64,000 bases of DNA from Dehalococcoidia bacterium (GTDB lineage: Bacteria; Chloroflexota; Dehalococcoidia; Lucifugimonadales; UBA3495), in assembly GCA_965204805.1 (NCBI GenBank), contig OZ242013.1, positions 1,103,330-1,167,329 on the forward strand, read 5' to 3'. The first letter of the stretch is position 1; the number at the start of each line of letters is the position of its first letter. Shown piece by piece: positions 20,489-29,280 of this stretch. The position numbers and the translations under genes were made by a program. The notes under the pieces are model-generated. The model did no database searches and was not told where the DNA came from. It saw only the letters and a list, made by a program, of their open reading frames with translations.

Positions 20489-21140
20489 ACCGTCGCCACG
20501 ACACGGTCTCGCCAGCAACCAAGACATATCCTCGGACGGGCTGCTAGACAAGCTGGAATCAAAGGTTCCCAACGGGCGGCTAATCTACAACCACGCCAAA
20601 GAGCGGGTGTTGCAGGCCCTGGAGGACGTAGCGCAGGAAGCAGGATTGCTTCGCCAGACGCCACCCCGCAAGGATACATCAACTCGGAGGCGGACGCTGG
20701 TTTCTGAAAATAGCAATCCTGTTTCAGAAGATATGCAAGGGTGGGTGACTTTCGTTCAAATGGGTAAATGGGGAAGGATTAACCCAACCAAAGATGCTGA
20801 GTCAACCCCAAATGCTTTCGAGATCCGCAAGGAAAGGATATATCCGTAGACAACTGGACTGATTTATTCTTCACGACAGCGAAATGGTTGGTAGAAGAAG
20901 AAAACTTGACTGGGCCATTTTCATTTAAAAATATGACCAAGAGGCTTTTGATTAACTCTGAACCATTGCATCCGGGCGGTCGAAAATTCGGCTGGAGCAG
21001 GCTACTGCCTAATGGCCTGTACTTCGAGTGCAAGTGGGGCTCCAAGGCTATTGCTCGCCTGTCCGGGCAACTTCTAACAGAGTTCGGCCAAGACCCGGCG
21101 CAGTTTCACGTCCAGCTAGGCTAACAAAAACTGCGCCCCC

Positions 21141-21170
21141 AACAAAAGGGGCGGGTTTCAAGCCCGCCCT
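21141..21170 (-). terminator. rho-independent terminator-like hairpin downstream of the glcG-like gene
   Basis: GGGCGGG (21149-55) pairs with CCCGCCC (21163-69) around a 7-nt loop. On the minus strand it is followed by CTTTTGTTG. Confidence 0.5.
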
Positions 21171-21200
21171 AACGCCCTGAATCTGTACGCAAGGTTACGC

Positions 21201-21596
21201 CTACAATTTCGCAATCCCCGCCCGCGCGCAGTCCTCGTCCTCCTGGCTGGTGCCGCCGCCAACACCGCAGGCTCCCTCCAGGACGCCGTCACGTATGATG
21301 GGCACCCCGCCCTGGCTGGGGATGCCATGTTCGCCCTCTGCCTTCAGGATGCCCGAGATGATGGGCGTACTGGCCCGCTCCTGCAACTCCCCGCTGGTGC
21401 GACCGAAAGCGGCGCTGGCCACTGCCTTGCCTTGGGAGCCGTAAACGCCGCCCCAGATAGCGCCGTCCATGCGGTTGAAGGCAACCAGCCTGCCGCCCGA
21501 GTCGCAGACGGCCACGTTGATCTTGATTCCCATTTCGTTGGCGGCGGCTATTGCGCCTTCCACGATGCGGTTTGCCTCGGCCAATGTCAGAGCCAT
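21201..21596 (-). CDS. GlcG/HbpS-like (DUF336) haem-binding-type protein
   Basis: 131 aa. ..VAVCDSGGRLVAFNRMDGA..GGVPI..G..GACGVGGGTSQEDEDCA is the DUF336 pattern. Confidence 0.75.
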   Translation of the reverse strand: MALTLAEANRIVEGAIAAANEMGIKINVAVCDSGGRLVAFNRMDGAIWGGVYGSQGKAVASAAFGRTSGELQERASTPIISGILKAEGEHGIPSQGGVPIIRDGVLEGACGVGGGTSQEDEDCARAGIAKL

Positions 21597-21849
21597 AACA
21601 GACCTCCCGGCTTTACCTGTGCAGTCTTGGAGTCGGCGGTATTCTATCCTACCCGCTCAAACCGCGCCAACCGCCCGAGATTGCCCGGCGGGGTGTTTAT
21701 CTGAATCAGGATTTACAATATTTTATGACTTTCAGGATTATTCCTCAATCTTGTACATCCTTAGCAATACTGAAAATCCTGATTCCGACAAAAAGCGGTG
21801 ATATACTGCTATCCGGCTTCTCCAATTTCGGCGTGGCGGTAATTAGGGC

Positions 21850-22674
21850 GTGCTGACCAAACGCATCATCCCCTGCCTGGACGTGGATGCCGGGCGCGTC
21901 GTAAAGGGCGTCAGCTTCGTGCAATTGCGCGACGCGGGCGACCCTGCGGAGCTGGCCGCAGTGTACGACCAGGAGGGCGGCGACGAACTGGTGTTCCTGG
22001 ACATCACCGCCAGCTCCGACTCCCGCGACACCATGGTTGACGTGGTGCACCGGGTGTCCGAGGAGGTCTTCATTCCCCTCACCGTCGGCGGCGGCATCCG
22101 CACCGTCGAGGACATCCGCCGGATGCTCAAGGCCGGGGCCGACAAGGTCTCGCTGAACACCGCCGCGGTCAACAACCCGGCCCTGATTGGCGAGGGCGCG
22201 GTGCAGTTCGGCAACCAGTGCATCGTCATCGCCATTGACGCCAAACGGGTGCAGGATCGCCCTGCGCGGCAAGAACAACCGGCTCCAGCCGACCTCGGCT
22301 TGGCGCTGGACGCCGGCTCGCGCTGGGAGGTCTACACTCGCGGGGGCCGTACCTCCACCGGCATTGACGCTGCGAAGTGGGCGGTTCGCGCCGTGGAGTT
22401 GGGTTCCGGCGAGATCCTGCTGACCAGTATGGACGAGGACGGCCAGAAGCAGGGCTATGACCTGGAACTGACCCGCGCCGTGTCCCAAGCCGTTCCCGTC
22501 CCGGTCATAGCCAGCGGCGGAGCAGGCAACCTGGAGCACCTCTATGATGCCCTCGACGCCGGGCAGGCCGACGCCGTGCTGGCGGCCAGTATCTTCCACT
22601 TCGGCGAATACTCCATAGGAGAGGCCAAGGACTATCTCAACGGCCGCGGCGTGCCGGTGCGCACCCGCGCGTGA
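21850..22674 (+). CDS. hisF: imidazole glycerol phosphate synthase cyclase subunit
   Basis: 274 aa (GTG start). [34 protein letters not shown] motifs. One loop is longer than in the textbook HisF. Confidence 0.95.
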   Translation: MLTKRIIPCLDVDAGRVVKGVSFVQLRDAGDPAELAAVYDQEGGDELVFLDITASSDSRDTMVDVVHRVSEEVFIPLTVGGGIRTVEDIRRMLKAGADKVSLNTAAVNNPALIGEGAVQFGNQCIVIAIDAKRVQDRPARQEQPAPADLGLALDAGSRWEVYTRGGRTSTGIDAAKWAVRAVELGSGEILLTSMDEDGQKQGYDLELTRAVSQAVPVPVIASGGAGNLEHLYDALDAGQADAVLAASIFHFGEYSIGEAKDYLNGRGVPVRTRA

Positions 22675-22698
22675 TTCCGGTGATTCCTGATGACGCCA

Positions 22699-22740
22699 CC
22701 CCCTTCCCCTTGAGAGGAGGGTTAGATTGGGGGTGAATTG
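22699..22740. repeat. REP-like intergenic element copy (degenerate)
   Basis: CCCCCTTCCCCTTGAGAGGAGGGTTAGATTGGGGGTGAATTG has the same hairpin-plus-GGGTGA tail layout as 23484 and 24211. Confidence 0.45.
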
Positions 22741-22771
22741 CCCTGCATAAGCAGAGTATGGGAGCGTACTC

Positions 22772-23494
22772 GTGCCTGAAATCAAGGCTGTCATATTCGA
22801 TATGTACCAGACGCTGGTGCAGGATCCCAGCGGTCAGTGGCGAACCAGCTTCAAGTCCATCGTTGAGGAACAGGGCTTGAACATCACGGCGGACCAGCTT
22901 TGGCAGGGCTGGCATGAGTCCGAGGAGCGGTTTCGCCTGCGCCGTACCGATCCGTCGCTGCCCTTCCAGACTTACTTCGACGCCTGGGCTGGCGGGTTCC
23001 GGCTGGCCTTCGAGCAGATGGGCGTACCCGGCGACGCCGACGCCGCCACCAGCAGCTTCTTCGCTGACCTTTCCCGTCGTGAGCCCTTCCCGGAAACGCC
23101 GCAGGCTCTGCGGGAGTTGCAGTCCCGCTACCGCACTGCCGTACTCTCCAATGCCGACGACGGCTTCTTGCTTCCCAACCTGAAACTCCTGGATTTCCAG
23201 TTCGAGACCGTGCTGTCATCGGAAATGGCCCGCAGCTACAAGCCTCAGCCGGAACTCTTCCTGGAAATACTTAGCCGCCTGTCGCTCCCCCCCGAGCAGA
23301 CGGTGTACGTAGGAGACCGGCACTATGAGGACGCATACGGTGCCTCCATGGTAGGAATTAACGCCGTTTGGATTGACCGCCCTGGCGGGCGCGGGTTGCG
23401 TGAAGACCTGCCGCCTCCGAAGCACCGCATCACCAGCCTGCTGGAACTGCCAACCCTCATCGAGAACGAGTTCGCCAAATCCGCTCTCCGTTGA
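22772..23494 (+). CDS. HAD-superfamily hydrolase
   Basis: 240 aa. Motif I is AVIFDMYQTLV (DxY variant of DxD). Also LSNAD and a VGDRHYEDAYGA motif IV-like region. Confidence 0.75.
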   Translation: MPEIKAVIFDMYQTLVQDPSGQWRTSFKSIVEEQGLNITADQLWQGWHESEERFRLRRTDPSLPFQTYFDAWAGGFRLAFEQMGVPGDADAATSSFFADLSRREPFPETPQALRELQSRYRTAVLSNADDGFLLPNLKLLDFQFETVLSSEMARSYKPQPELFLEILSRLSLPPEQTVYVGDRHYEDAYGASMVGINAVWIDRPGGRGLREDLPPPKHRITSLLELPTLIENEFAKSALR

Positions 23495-23516
23495 GGGAGA
23501 AGGTGAGGGTGAAATC
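23484..23516. repeat. REP-like element copy overlapping the HAD stop codon
   Basis: CTCTCCGTTGAGGGAGAAGGTGAGGGTGAAATC. Confidence 0.55.
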
Positions 23517-23583
23517 ACACTTGCGCAACCCTCCCACAAGGCAGAAGAGATCTTCCAACTCAGACGAGCAAGGACATATCAGA

Positions 23584-24204
23584 ATGAAAGTCAAGCTGAA
23601 CGAACAGGGACTGGTTCCTGCCGTAGCCCAGAATGCCGATACCGGCGACGTGCTGATGCTGGGCTACATGAACCCCGGCTCCATCAAGCGAACCGTTGAG
23701 GGCATCCAGGTCTGGTTCTACAGCCGCAGCCAGGAAGACCTATGGCACAAGGGCGAGGTGTCCGGCAATTATCTGAACCTGAAAGAGGCTTGGCTGGACT
23801 GCGACGGCGACACCATTCTGCTAAAGGTAGACCCCGACGGCCCAACCTGCCACACCGGCAATACTTCCTGTTTCTTCAATCTGCTGGAGGGCCTGCCCGA
23901 GGGTTACGAAGACACCGACCGGGGCCCCGGCGTTCTTAGCGAGCTGTATGCTATTGTTCAGGACCGGCAGCGCGAAATGCCCGAGGGCAGCTACACCGTC
24001 AAGCTGCTGCAGGAAGGCGTTGCCCGCATCGCCCAAAAAGTTATCGAGGAAGCGGGCGAGACCGCCCTGGCCGCTGCTACGGACGACACGGAAAACCTGC
24101 CCTCGGAGATCGCCGACCTGATGTACCACACGCTTGTGCTGATGGCGTCCTCCGGCATCAAACCGGAACAGGTCTGGCAGGAACTCCGTGCCCGCCGCGG
24201 GTAG
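23584..24204 (+). CDS. hisI: bifunctional phosphoribosyl-AMP cyclohydrolase / phosphoribosyl-ATP pyrophosphatase
   Basis: ATG at 23584 gives MKVKLNEQGLVPAVAQNADTGDVLMLGYMN..CDGDTILLKV..CHTG (HisI), then a HisE-like C-terminal half (LYAIVQDR..YTVKLL..KVIEEAGE..). Confidence 0.9.
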   Translation: MKVKLNEQGLVPAVAQNADTGDVLMLGYMNPGSIKRTVEGIQVWFYSRSQEDLWHKGEVSGNYLNLKEAWLDCDGDTILLKVDPDGPTCHTGNTSCFFNLLEGLPEGYEDTDRGPGVLSELYAIVQDRQREMPEGSYTVKLLQEGVARIAQKVIEEAGETALAAATDDTENLPSEIADLMYHTLVLMASSGIKPEQVWQELRARRG

Positions 24205-24210
24205 CTGAAA

Positions 24211-24250
24211 AATCCCCTCTCCCTCTGGGAGAGGATTAGGGTGAGGGCAA
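24211..24250. repeat. REP-like element copy with a perfect 8-bp stem
   Basis: CCTCTCCC-tct-GGGAGAGG followed by ATTAGGGTGAGGGC. Confidence 0.6.
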
Positions 24251-24259
24251 GTGTCCTAA

Positions 24260-25609
24260 TACTACAGTCGCAGATTAAGAACGGGTAGAATTGGGGCAGT
24301 TGTTTGGTGATGAGGTGAGGCAGTAGTTGTTGGGAGTGATTAAGGTGGCGGAAGCGGCCCGGTGGGCCGATGGCATAGAACCGGTGCCTGAGTGCATTGC
24401 CGCCGGTTCCGGTGACCCGGGCCGCATCGCCGGGTTCTGGCCTATCTGAGAGGGCTGCTCAGTCCGGTGGAGCGCAAGAACGGCTGGCAACTGGCGGAAC
24501 AGGCCAGCGATGGCACTCCCCACGGGGTGCAGCGCCTGCTCTACAACTACCGGTGGGACGCCGAACTGGTCCCCGACGATCTCAGGGACTACGTGGTGAA
24601 GCATTTGGGCGATGCCGAGGGAGTCCTGGTGTTGGACGGGACCGGGTTCCTGAATAAAGGGTAGAAGTCCGTCGGGGTGCAGCGTCAGTACCGTGGTAGG
24701 GCAGGGCATTGCTGGACCGGGAGTTGTACCTGCCCCAGATGTGGGCGGACGACTGGAAGCGGCGGCGGGAGGCCGGGGTGCTGGAGAGTCTCCGTTTTCG
24801 TACCAAACCGCAACTGGCGAAACTGATGCTGGGGCGGGCGCTGGAATCGGGTGTTCCCTTCGCTTGGTTCACCGGGGACGAGGTCTGCGGCAGCGATCGC
24901 AAGCTGCGGCTGTGGCTGGAGGGTGAGGAAACTCCTCATGTCATGGCCATAAAGAGCAACGAGAAGCTGTGAGCTTTGACGGATAAGGAACCTCACAGGT
25001 TAGGGCGGACCGGTTGGCGTCCGGGGTTGCGGAATCCGGTTGGGTGAGGTGCAGCGAGGGGAATGGCGCCAAGGGACCCGGGTCTACGATTGCACCGTCG
25101 TAAACATACGGCCCCTGAGGGAACCGGGCAAGGGCCACTGGCTGCTGGCCTGCCGGAGCATCGCCAAGCCCGGGGAGTTGGCCTACTACGTTTGCTTCGG
25201 TCCGGTGGGCGCCGGCCTGGAGGAACTGGCGAGGGTGGCCGGCATCCGGTGGGCCGTTGAGGAATGCTTTGAGGAGGCCAAGGGAGAGATGGGACTGGAC
25301 CAGTACGAGGTGCGGCGGTGGGACGGCTGGTACCGCCACATCACCCTGGCCCATGCTGGCGCCCACCCCTGTCTGGCGGTAATCAGGCATCAGGCTCTGG
25401 AACAGGGAGAAAGGGGGCCACTACGGCCCCGATGAAGAACTGCTCCCCATCACCGTGCCGGAGGTGCGAAGGCTGCTCACCCGGCTGGTATGGACCGAAA
25501 GCCAACCGCCAGATTTCATCCTGTACTGGTCGCGGTGGAGACGCCGCCGCCAAGCTAGGACCCAACCATGACACTACAAACGGCATCTATCAAATCTGCA
25601 ACTGTAGTA
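24260..25609 (+). mobile_element. IS701-family IS with a decayed transposase (multiple stops and frameshifts)
   Basis: TIRs TACTACAGTCGCAGATT (24260->) and TACTACAGTTGCAGATT (reverse complement of 25593-25609). Flanking direct CTAA at 24256-59 and 25610-13. ORF pieces 24467-24664, 24709-24972 and 25040-25435 read [43 protein letters not shown].., ..WAVEECFEEAKGEMGLDQYEVRRWDGWYRHITL. Confidence 0.8.
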
Positions 25610-25851
25610 CTAATAATTGTCTGACCTAAGCAGCACGGCCTACCAACCATGTGTCGTCTGACGAAGACGCTACTACGTACCACATTTCGTACCACATTTC
25701 GGGCCTTTCCTGAATCAAACACCCGTTTGTTGAGAGGCATGATGAACTGGCAAATGGTACCCCAGGACCAGTGTCCTGCCTTGCTGTTGGTTGCTAACTC
25801 TGCCCATCAACGCTTTGCGGACCGCCAGAGAAAGGAGACGACTCTTAATCC

Positions 25852-26321
25852 GTGTCGATAAGCGCTTCGCCTACAGGGTTACTCATCTTTTCCGACGTGA
25901 TGACCGGCCGCTTGATGTCGCGGCCCGGATGGGACGAACTCATGGCCCGGGTCCAGCCGAAGGACACCATCGTGGTGGTCTGTCTGGACCGCTTCAGCCG
26001 CAACTTCGACGAGGGCGTGAGGTCCATACGGACCTCACCAAGCGCGACATCGGCATCGTCGCCATCAAGGAGGGCATCGACACCGCCGCCGCGAAGTTGT
26101 TCCGCCGGATGATGATGGCCAACGGAGCCTACCTGGCTGATTCCGCCAGCGAGCGTATAAAGGCCGGCCAAGAGCGCGCCAAGGCGGAGGGGAGGCCGCC
26201 GGGGTGTCCTCCGGCGCTCACACCCAACCAAGTGAACGAGTGCAAGCGTATGTTCGCGGAGAACACCGTCGGTGAACCGTGTGGCCAGGATCATGAAGAT
26301 CTCGTGGAGCACGGCCAATAA
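25852..26321 (+). pseudogene. serine recombinase (resolvase/invertase) remnant: N-terminus missing, frameshifted
   Basis: ..FSDVMTGRLMSRPGWDELMARVQPKDTIVVVCLDRFSRNFDEG.. continues in a second frame as ..DLTKRDIGIVAIKEGIDTAAAKLFRRMMMANGAYLADSASERIKAG... The HTH is readable only in a third frame. Confidence 0.7.
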
Positions 26322-26472
26322 GGCAATCTTCAATGTAAGTACAGCGCAAGGGGGAAGGCAATGACTTATCAGGACCAGCCGGTTTGCGACTGCCCCGAAC
26401 CCTCCGCCTGCTACCGAGTCGGCAAGGGCAAGGCTCTACAAACTGCCGTTACTCCCAAGGAGATAGACCACG

Positions 26473-26892
26473 ATGATCCATTTGACCGATGAGATGGTAG
26501 CGCGGTTGGACAGCGCTTTGGCCGACGGATATTCCTGCCTGGTGGGCACGGCCTCCAAGGACGGCGAACCCCAGATAAGCCCCAAGGGAAGCGTGATGGC
26601 CTTCAACAGGGATACGCTGGCCTATTGGGAGCGGGCCAAGCGGTCGGCCTTGGACAACGTTGCTGAGAATCCGCAGGTCGTGGTCTACTACGCCCACGCC
26701 GCCGACCGGGTGAGGTGGCGGTTCCACGGCAGGGCGACCGTCCACGAAGACGGTCCCGTTCGCCAGGAAGTCATGGACCTCTGCGTTCAGGCCGAACTGG
26801 ACCGGGACCCTGAACGTCTGGGTGTCGCCGTCCTCATTAAGATATACAGGATCACGGAATTATCCGGAGAGGTACTGCAACAAACGAACTAG
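26473..26892 (+). CDS. pyridoxamine 5'-phosphate oxidase-family (FMN-binding split barrel) protein
   Basis: 139 aa. ..CLVGTASKDGEPQISPKGSVM..VVVYYAHAADRVRWRFHGRATV.. is the PNPOx-like pattern. Confidence 0.65.
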   Translation: MIHLTDEMVARLDSALADGYSCLVGTASKDGEPQISPKGSVMAFNRDTLAYWERAKRSALDNVAENPQVVVYYAHAADRVRWRFHGRATVHEDGPVRQEVMDLCVQAELDRDPERLGVAVLIKIYRITELSGEVLQQTN

Positions 26893-26929
26893 ACCAAAGC
26901 CCCGCTGAAACATGCAAGGAGTGCGGTGC

Positions 26930-27363
26930 ATGGACGAGTACACGATTGCAGCACTGGAGGAAGCCCGCACCGGTGCCCGGGAGGGAGGCATCCCCATCGG
27001 GCCAGTCCTGGTGAACGCCCAGGGGACGGTGGCTACCACCGTCGGCCGTAGGAGAGAGCCTATATCATGCACGCGGAGATCAACTGCCTGTTGAACGCCG
27101 GCCGGACATTGGACAGCTTCCGGGGGATGACCATGTACTCCACACTCATCCCCTGCAACATGTGCGCCGGAGCCATCGTGCAGTTCGGCATCGCCAGGGT
27201 GGTGTACGGGGAGTCCAGAAACTTCCCGGAGGACAACGGTCGCGAGCTCCTGGTCAGATACGGAGTAGACCTGACGGACCTTGACCTCCAGGAGATTGGG
27301 CGGATGCTCAGGGCCTTCATTGAAGCAAGGCCGGAAGAGTGGTCTTCCGACATCGGCCGCTAG
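26930..27363 (+). pseudogene. CMP/dCMP-type zinc deaminase (cytosine/guanine deaminase-like) with one frameshift near 27050-27066
   Basis: Frame 1 reads ..AALEEARTGAREGGIPIGPVLV..VGRRREPI. Frame 2 reads MHAEINCL..STLIPCNMCAGAI (HAE..PCxxC zinc motifs). Frame 2 has a TAG just upstream, so two frames are needed. Confidence 0.7.
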
Positions 27364-27394
27364 GCGTAATAGCGGAGGGATCCAAATCGACGAT

Positions 27395-27695
27395 CGTGGA
27401 AATCTCAAGCCAGGTGCTGGTGAAGACCGACCTGCTGGCGAAGTACTTCTGAAGGATGATGATGGCCAACGGTGCCTACTAGGCCGATTTGACCAGCGAG
27501 CAAAAAAGTCGGCTAGGAACAAGCAAGGCCATAGAGAATGTCCTCTTGGCGCCCCCAACACCTACCTCTGACCAGAGAAACGAATGCTGGCGCCTCTACA
27601 GTGAGAACCGCTCTATCCGCCGGACAACTCGCATACTGAGAGTTTCCTGGGGAACGCTCAAGAAGGCGCTGGCGGAGGATTTTCAGTGGGCCTAA
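27395..27695 (+). pseudogene. second serine-recombinase C-terminal fragment (paralogous to 26090-26321)
   Basis: ..LLAKYF*RMMMANGAY*ADLTSEQKSRL..RNECWRLYSENRSIRRTTRILRVSWGTLKKAL. It shares the RRMMMANGAY block with the first fragment and has internal stops. Confidence 0.6.
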
Positions 27696-27993
27696 GGGCC
27701 ACCATCAAGTAGTTCTGTGATCCGCAGAATTGACAACATTTCACACCCTATATTGTCAAAAGGCTTAAATTTGCGGCTCCGTAGCTACGAAAGGTGTTTG
27801 TGGTGCCGAAGGTCAGATTGTAGGGCACTTGGTTTCAGGTGGGCAAGAGTGGCTTCTACAGTCTGTACCAAATACGAATGAAGCTCTCTGTGTTCTCTGG
27901 TGGCCTAGTCTGGTTACTACCGTTGTCGGCATTTTGGTCGGCAATTGCCCTATTCCCCAGACGATGCGGCACCGCCCCGCTCATCTCCGGACC

Positions 27994-29124
27994 TCATCTA
28001 CCCATCGCCGCGGCGAAAGCCTCAGCGGCATCCTTTTGCCACCCAGGGAGCACGTGGGCGTAAATGTCCGACGTCATCGACACCGAAGAGTGCCCCAACC
28101 GCTTGCTGACCACCACGGGGTTCTGGCCGCTCTGCAACATCAAGGTGGCGTGGAAGTGCCGGAGACTTCGGACAGTCATCTCAGGCCTGCCGACGCGTCG
28201 CCCGTACCGCTTAACTGTGTCATAAAGCCGCTTGGGGCTTATCCAGTCCCCCAAGTCGTCCGCGAATACCCTCCCTCTGTCGACAAACAGGTCGCCCATC
28301 CGTTTCCGCTGTTCCTCCTGCGAGTGTCTATGCTCAAGGAGTAGCTGCACTGTGCCGTCGTCCAAATCCACCGTTCGGCGGCCGGAGGCGGTCTTGGGAG
28401 GCTCCTCCAGAATTCCGGTCTTTGAGTAGACCAGAGAGACCTCCACCTTCAAGCTGCCATGCTCAAGGTCCACGTGCTGCCACAGCAGCCCCATGGCCTC
28501 ACCCCGGCGAAGACCGGTGTAGGCGATCAAGTGCATGGCCGGGTACAGGTCGTTTCCGTCCTCCCGCGCTAGGGCAAGTGCCTCTAAGACGCCGTCAACG
28601 TCAGGAGGGGGTATTTCGGTGCGCCTTACGGTGGGCGGCGTTACCAGTGAGACAGGGTTTCGGTGTATCAGTTCGAGCCGGAAAGCGTATTTAAGGGCTC
28701 CTGAAAGAACATTATGCACCATGGTGACCATGGCGGCACTGAGGTCCTTGTGGAGTTGTGTCTCGAGTGCCTGGATCTGAGCCGGAGCCAGCTTGCCGAT
28801 GGCCACTGCGCCGATATAGGGAACGATGTGCCGGTCTATCGCATTCTGGTAAGTTTCCCGCGTGCGCTGCCGACGGTTGGGGATTACCACTTCGGTCATC
28901 CACCGGTCTAGCCAGTCGCGGAGAGAAATATCCGCAGGCACCGGGTTTCGCCCCTGGTCGAGGGCCGTGAGCATCTCCCGGAGCCTGCGCTGGGCCTCCG
29001 CCTTGGTACCCCGGACGGTGAACGACTTCCTGCGTCGGTTGCCCAAGGGGTCCCGGCCGAGATCGAAGGACACTTCCCAGGAGCCCGGGCTGCGCTGTCT
29101 GATGCGGCCTTTCATGATGTCCAC
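27994..29124 (-). CDS. tyrosine site-specific recombinase (phage-type integrase)
   Basis: 376 aa. N-terminal SAM-like/arm-binding region, then the catalytic domain with ..GLRRGEA..(R), HATLML, LGHSSVSMTSDIYAHV (H..Y). Confidence 0.9.
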   Translation of the reverse strand: MDIMKGRIRQRSPGSWEVSFDLGRDPLGNRRRKSFTVRGTKAEAQRRLREMLTALDQGRNPVPADISLRDWLDRWMTEVVIPNRRQRTRETYQNAIDRHIVPYIGAVAIGKLAPAQIQALETQLHKDLSAAMVTMVHNVLSGALKYAFRLELIHRNPVSLVTPPTVRRTEIPPPDVDGVLEALALAREDGNDLYPAMHLIAYTGLRRGEAMGLLWQHVDLEHGSLKVEVSLVYSKTGILEEPPKTASGRRTVDLDDGTVQLLLEHRHSQEEQRKRMGDLFVDRGRVFADDLGDWISPKRLYDTVKRYGRRVGRPEMTVRSLRHFHATLMLQSGQNPVVVSKRLGHSSVSMTSDIYAHVLPGWQKDAAEAFAAAMGR

Positions 29125-29280
29125 AGGTCCCCTCTTTCAGATTGGCAAGGCCTCTGCGCCTTTTCCCGCCCAAGTGCCGAACGGACAGCAATAACGCGCA
29201 TGGAGTCCTACAACCAATTGTAGCCAATGGGCCTATGTCCGAAGGGCCTGTTGGAACGATTTTCGCCGACTCGGAAAGGG

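Noticed and set aside
20500-21130. ORFs 20607-20849 and 20888-21124 in a lower-G+C patch
   Set aside because: They have no start context or recognisable family. The frame of the first is open far upstream into the IS1182 remnant. They are probably fragments of a lost accessory gene, so I did not annotate them as genes.
27700-29280. tRNA gene or clear att site next to the integrase
   Set aside because: I found no T-arm-like GGTTCGAATCC pattern and no cloverleaf-compatible sequence on either flank. Only 8-9-nt matches to the far end of the element exist, which could arise by chance.
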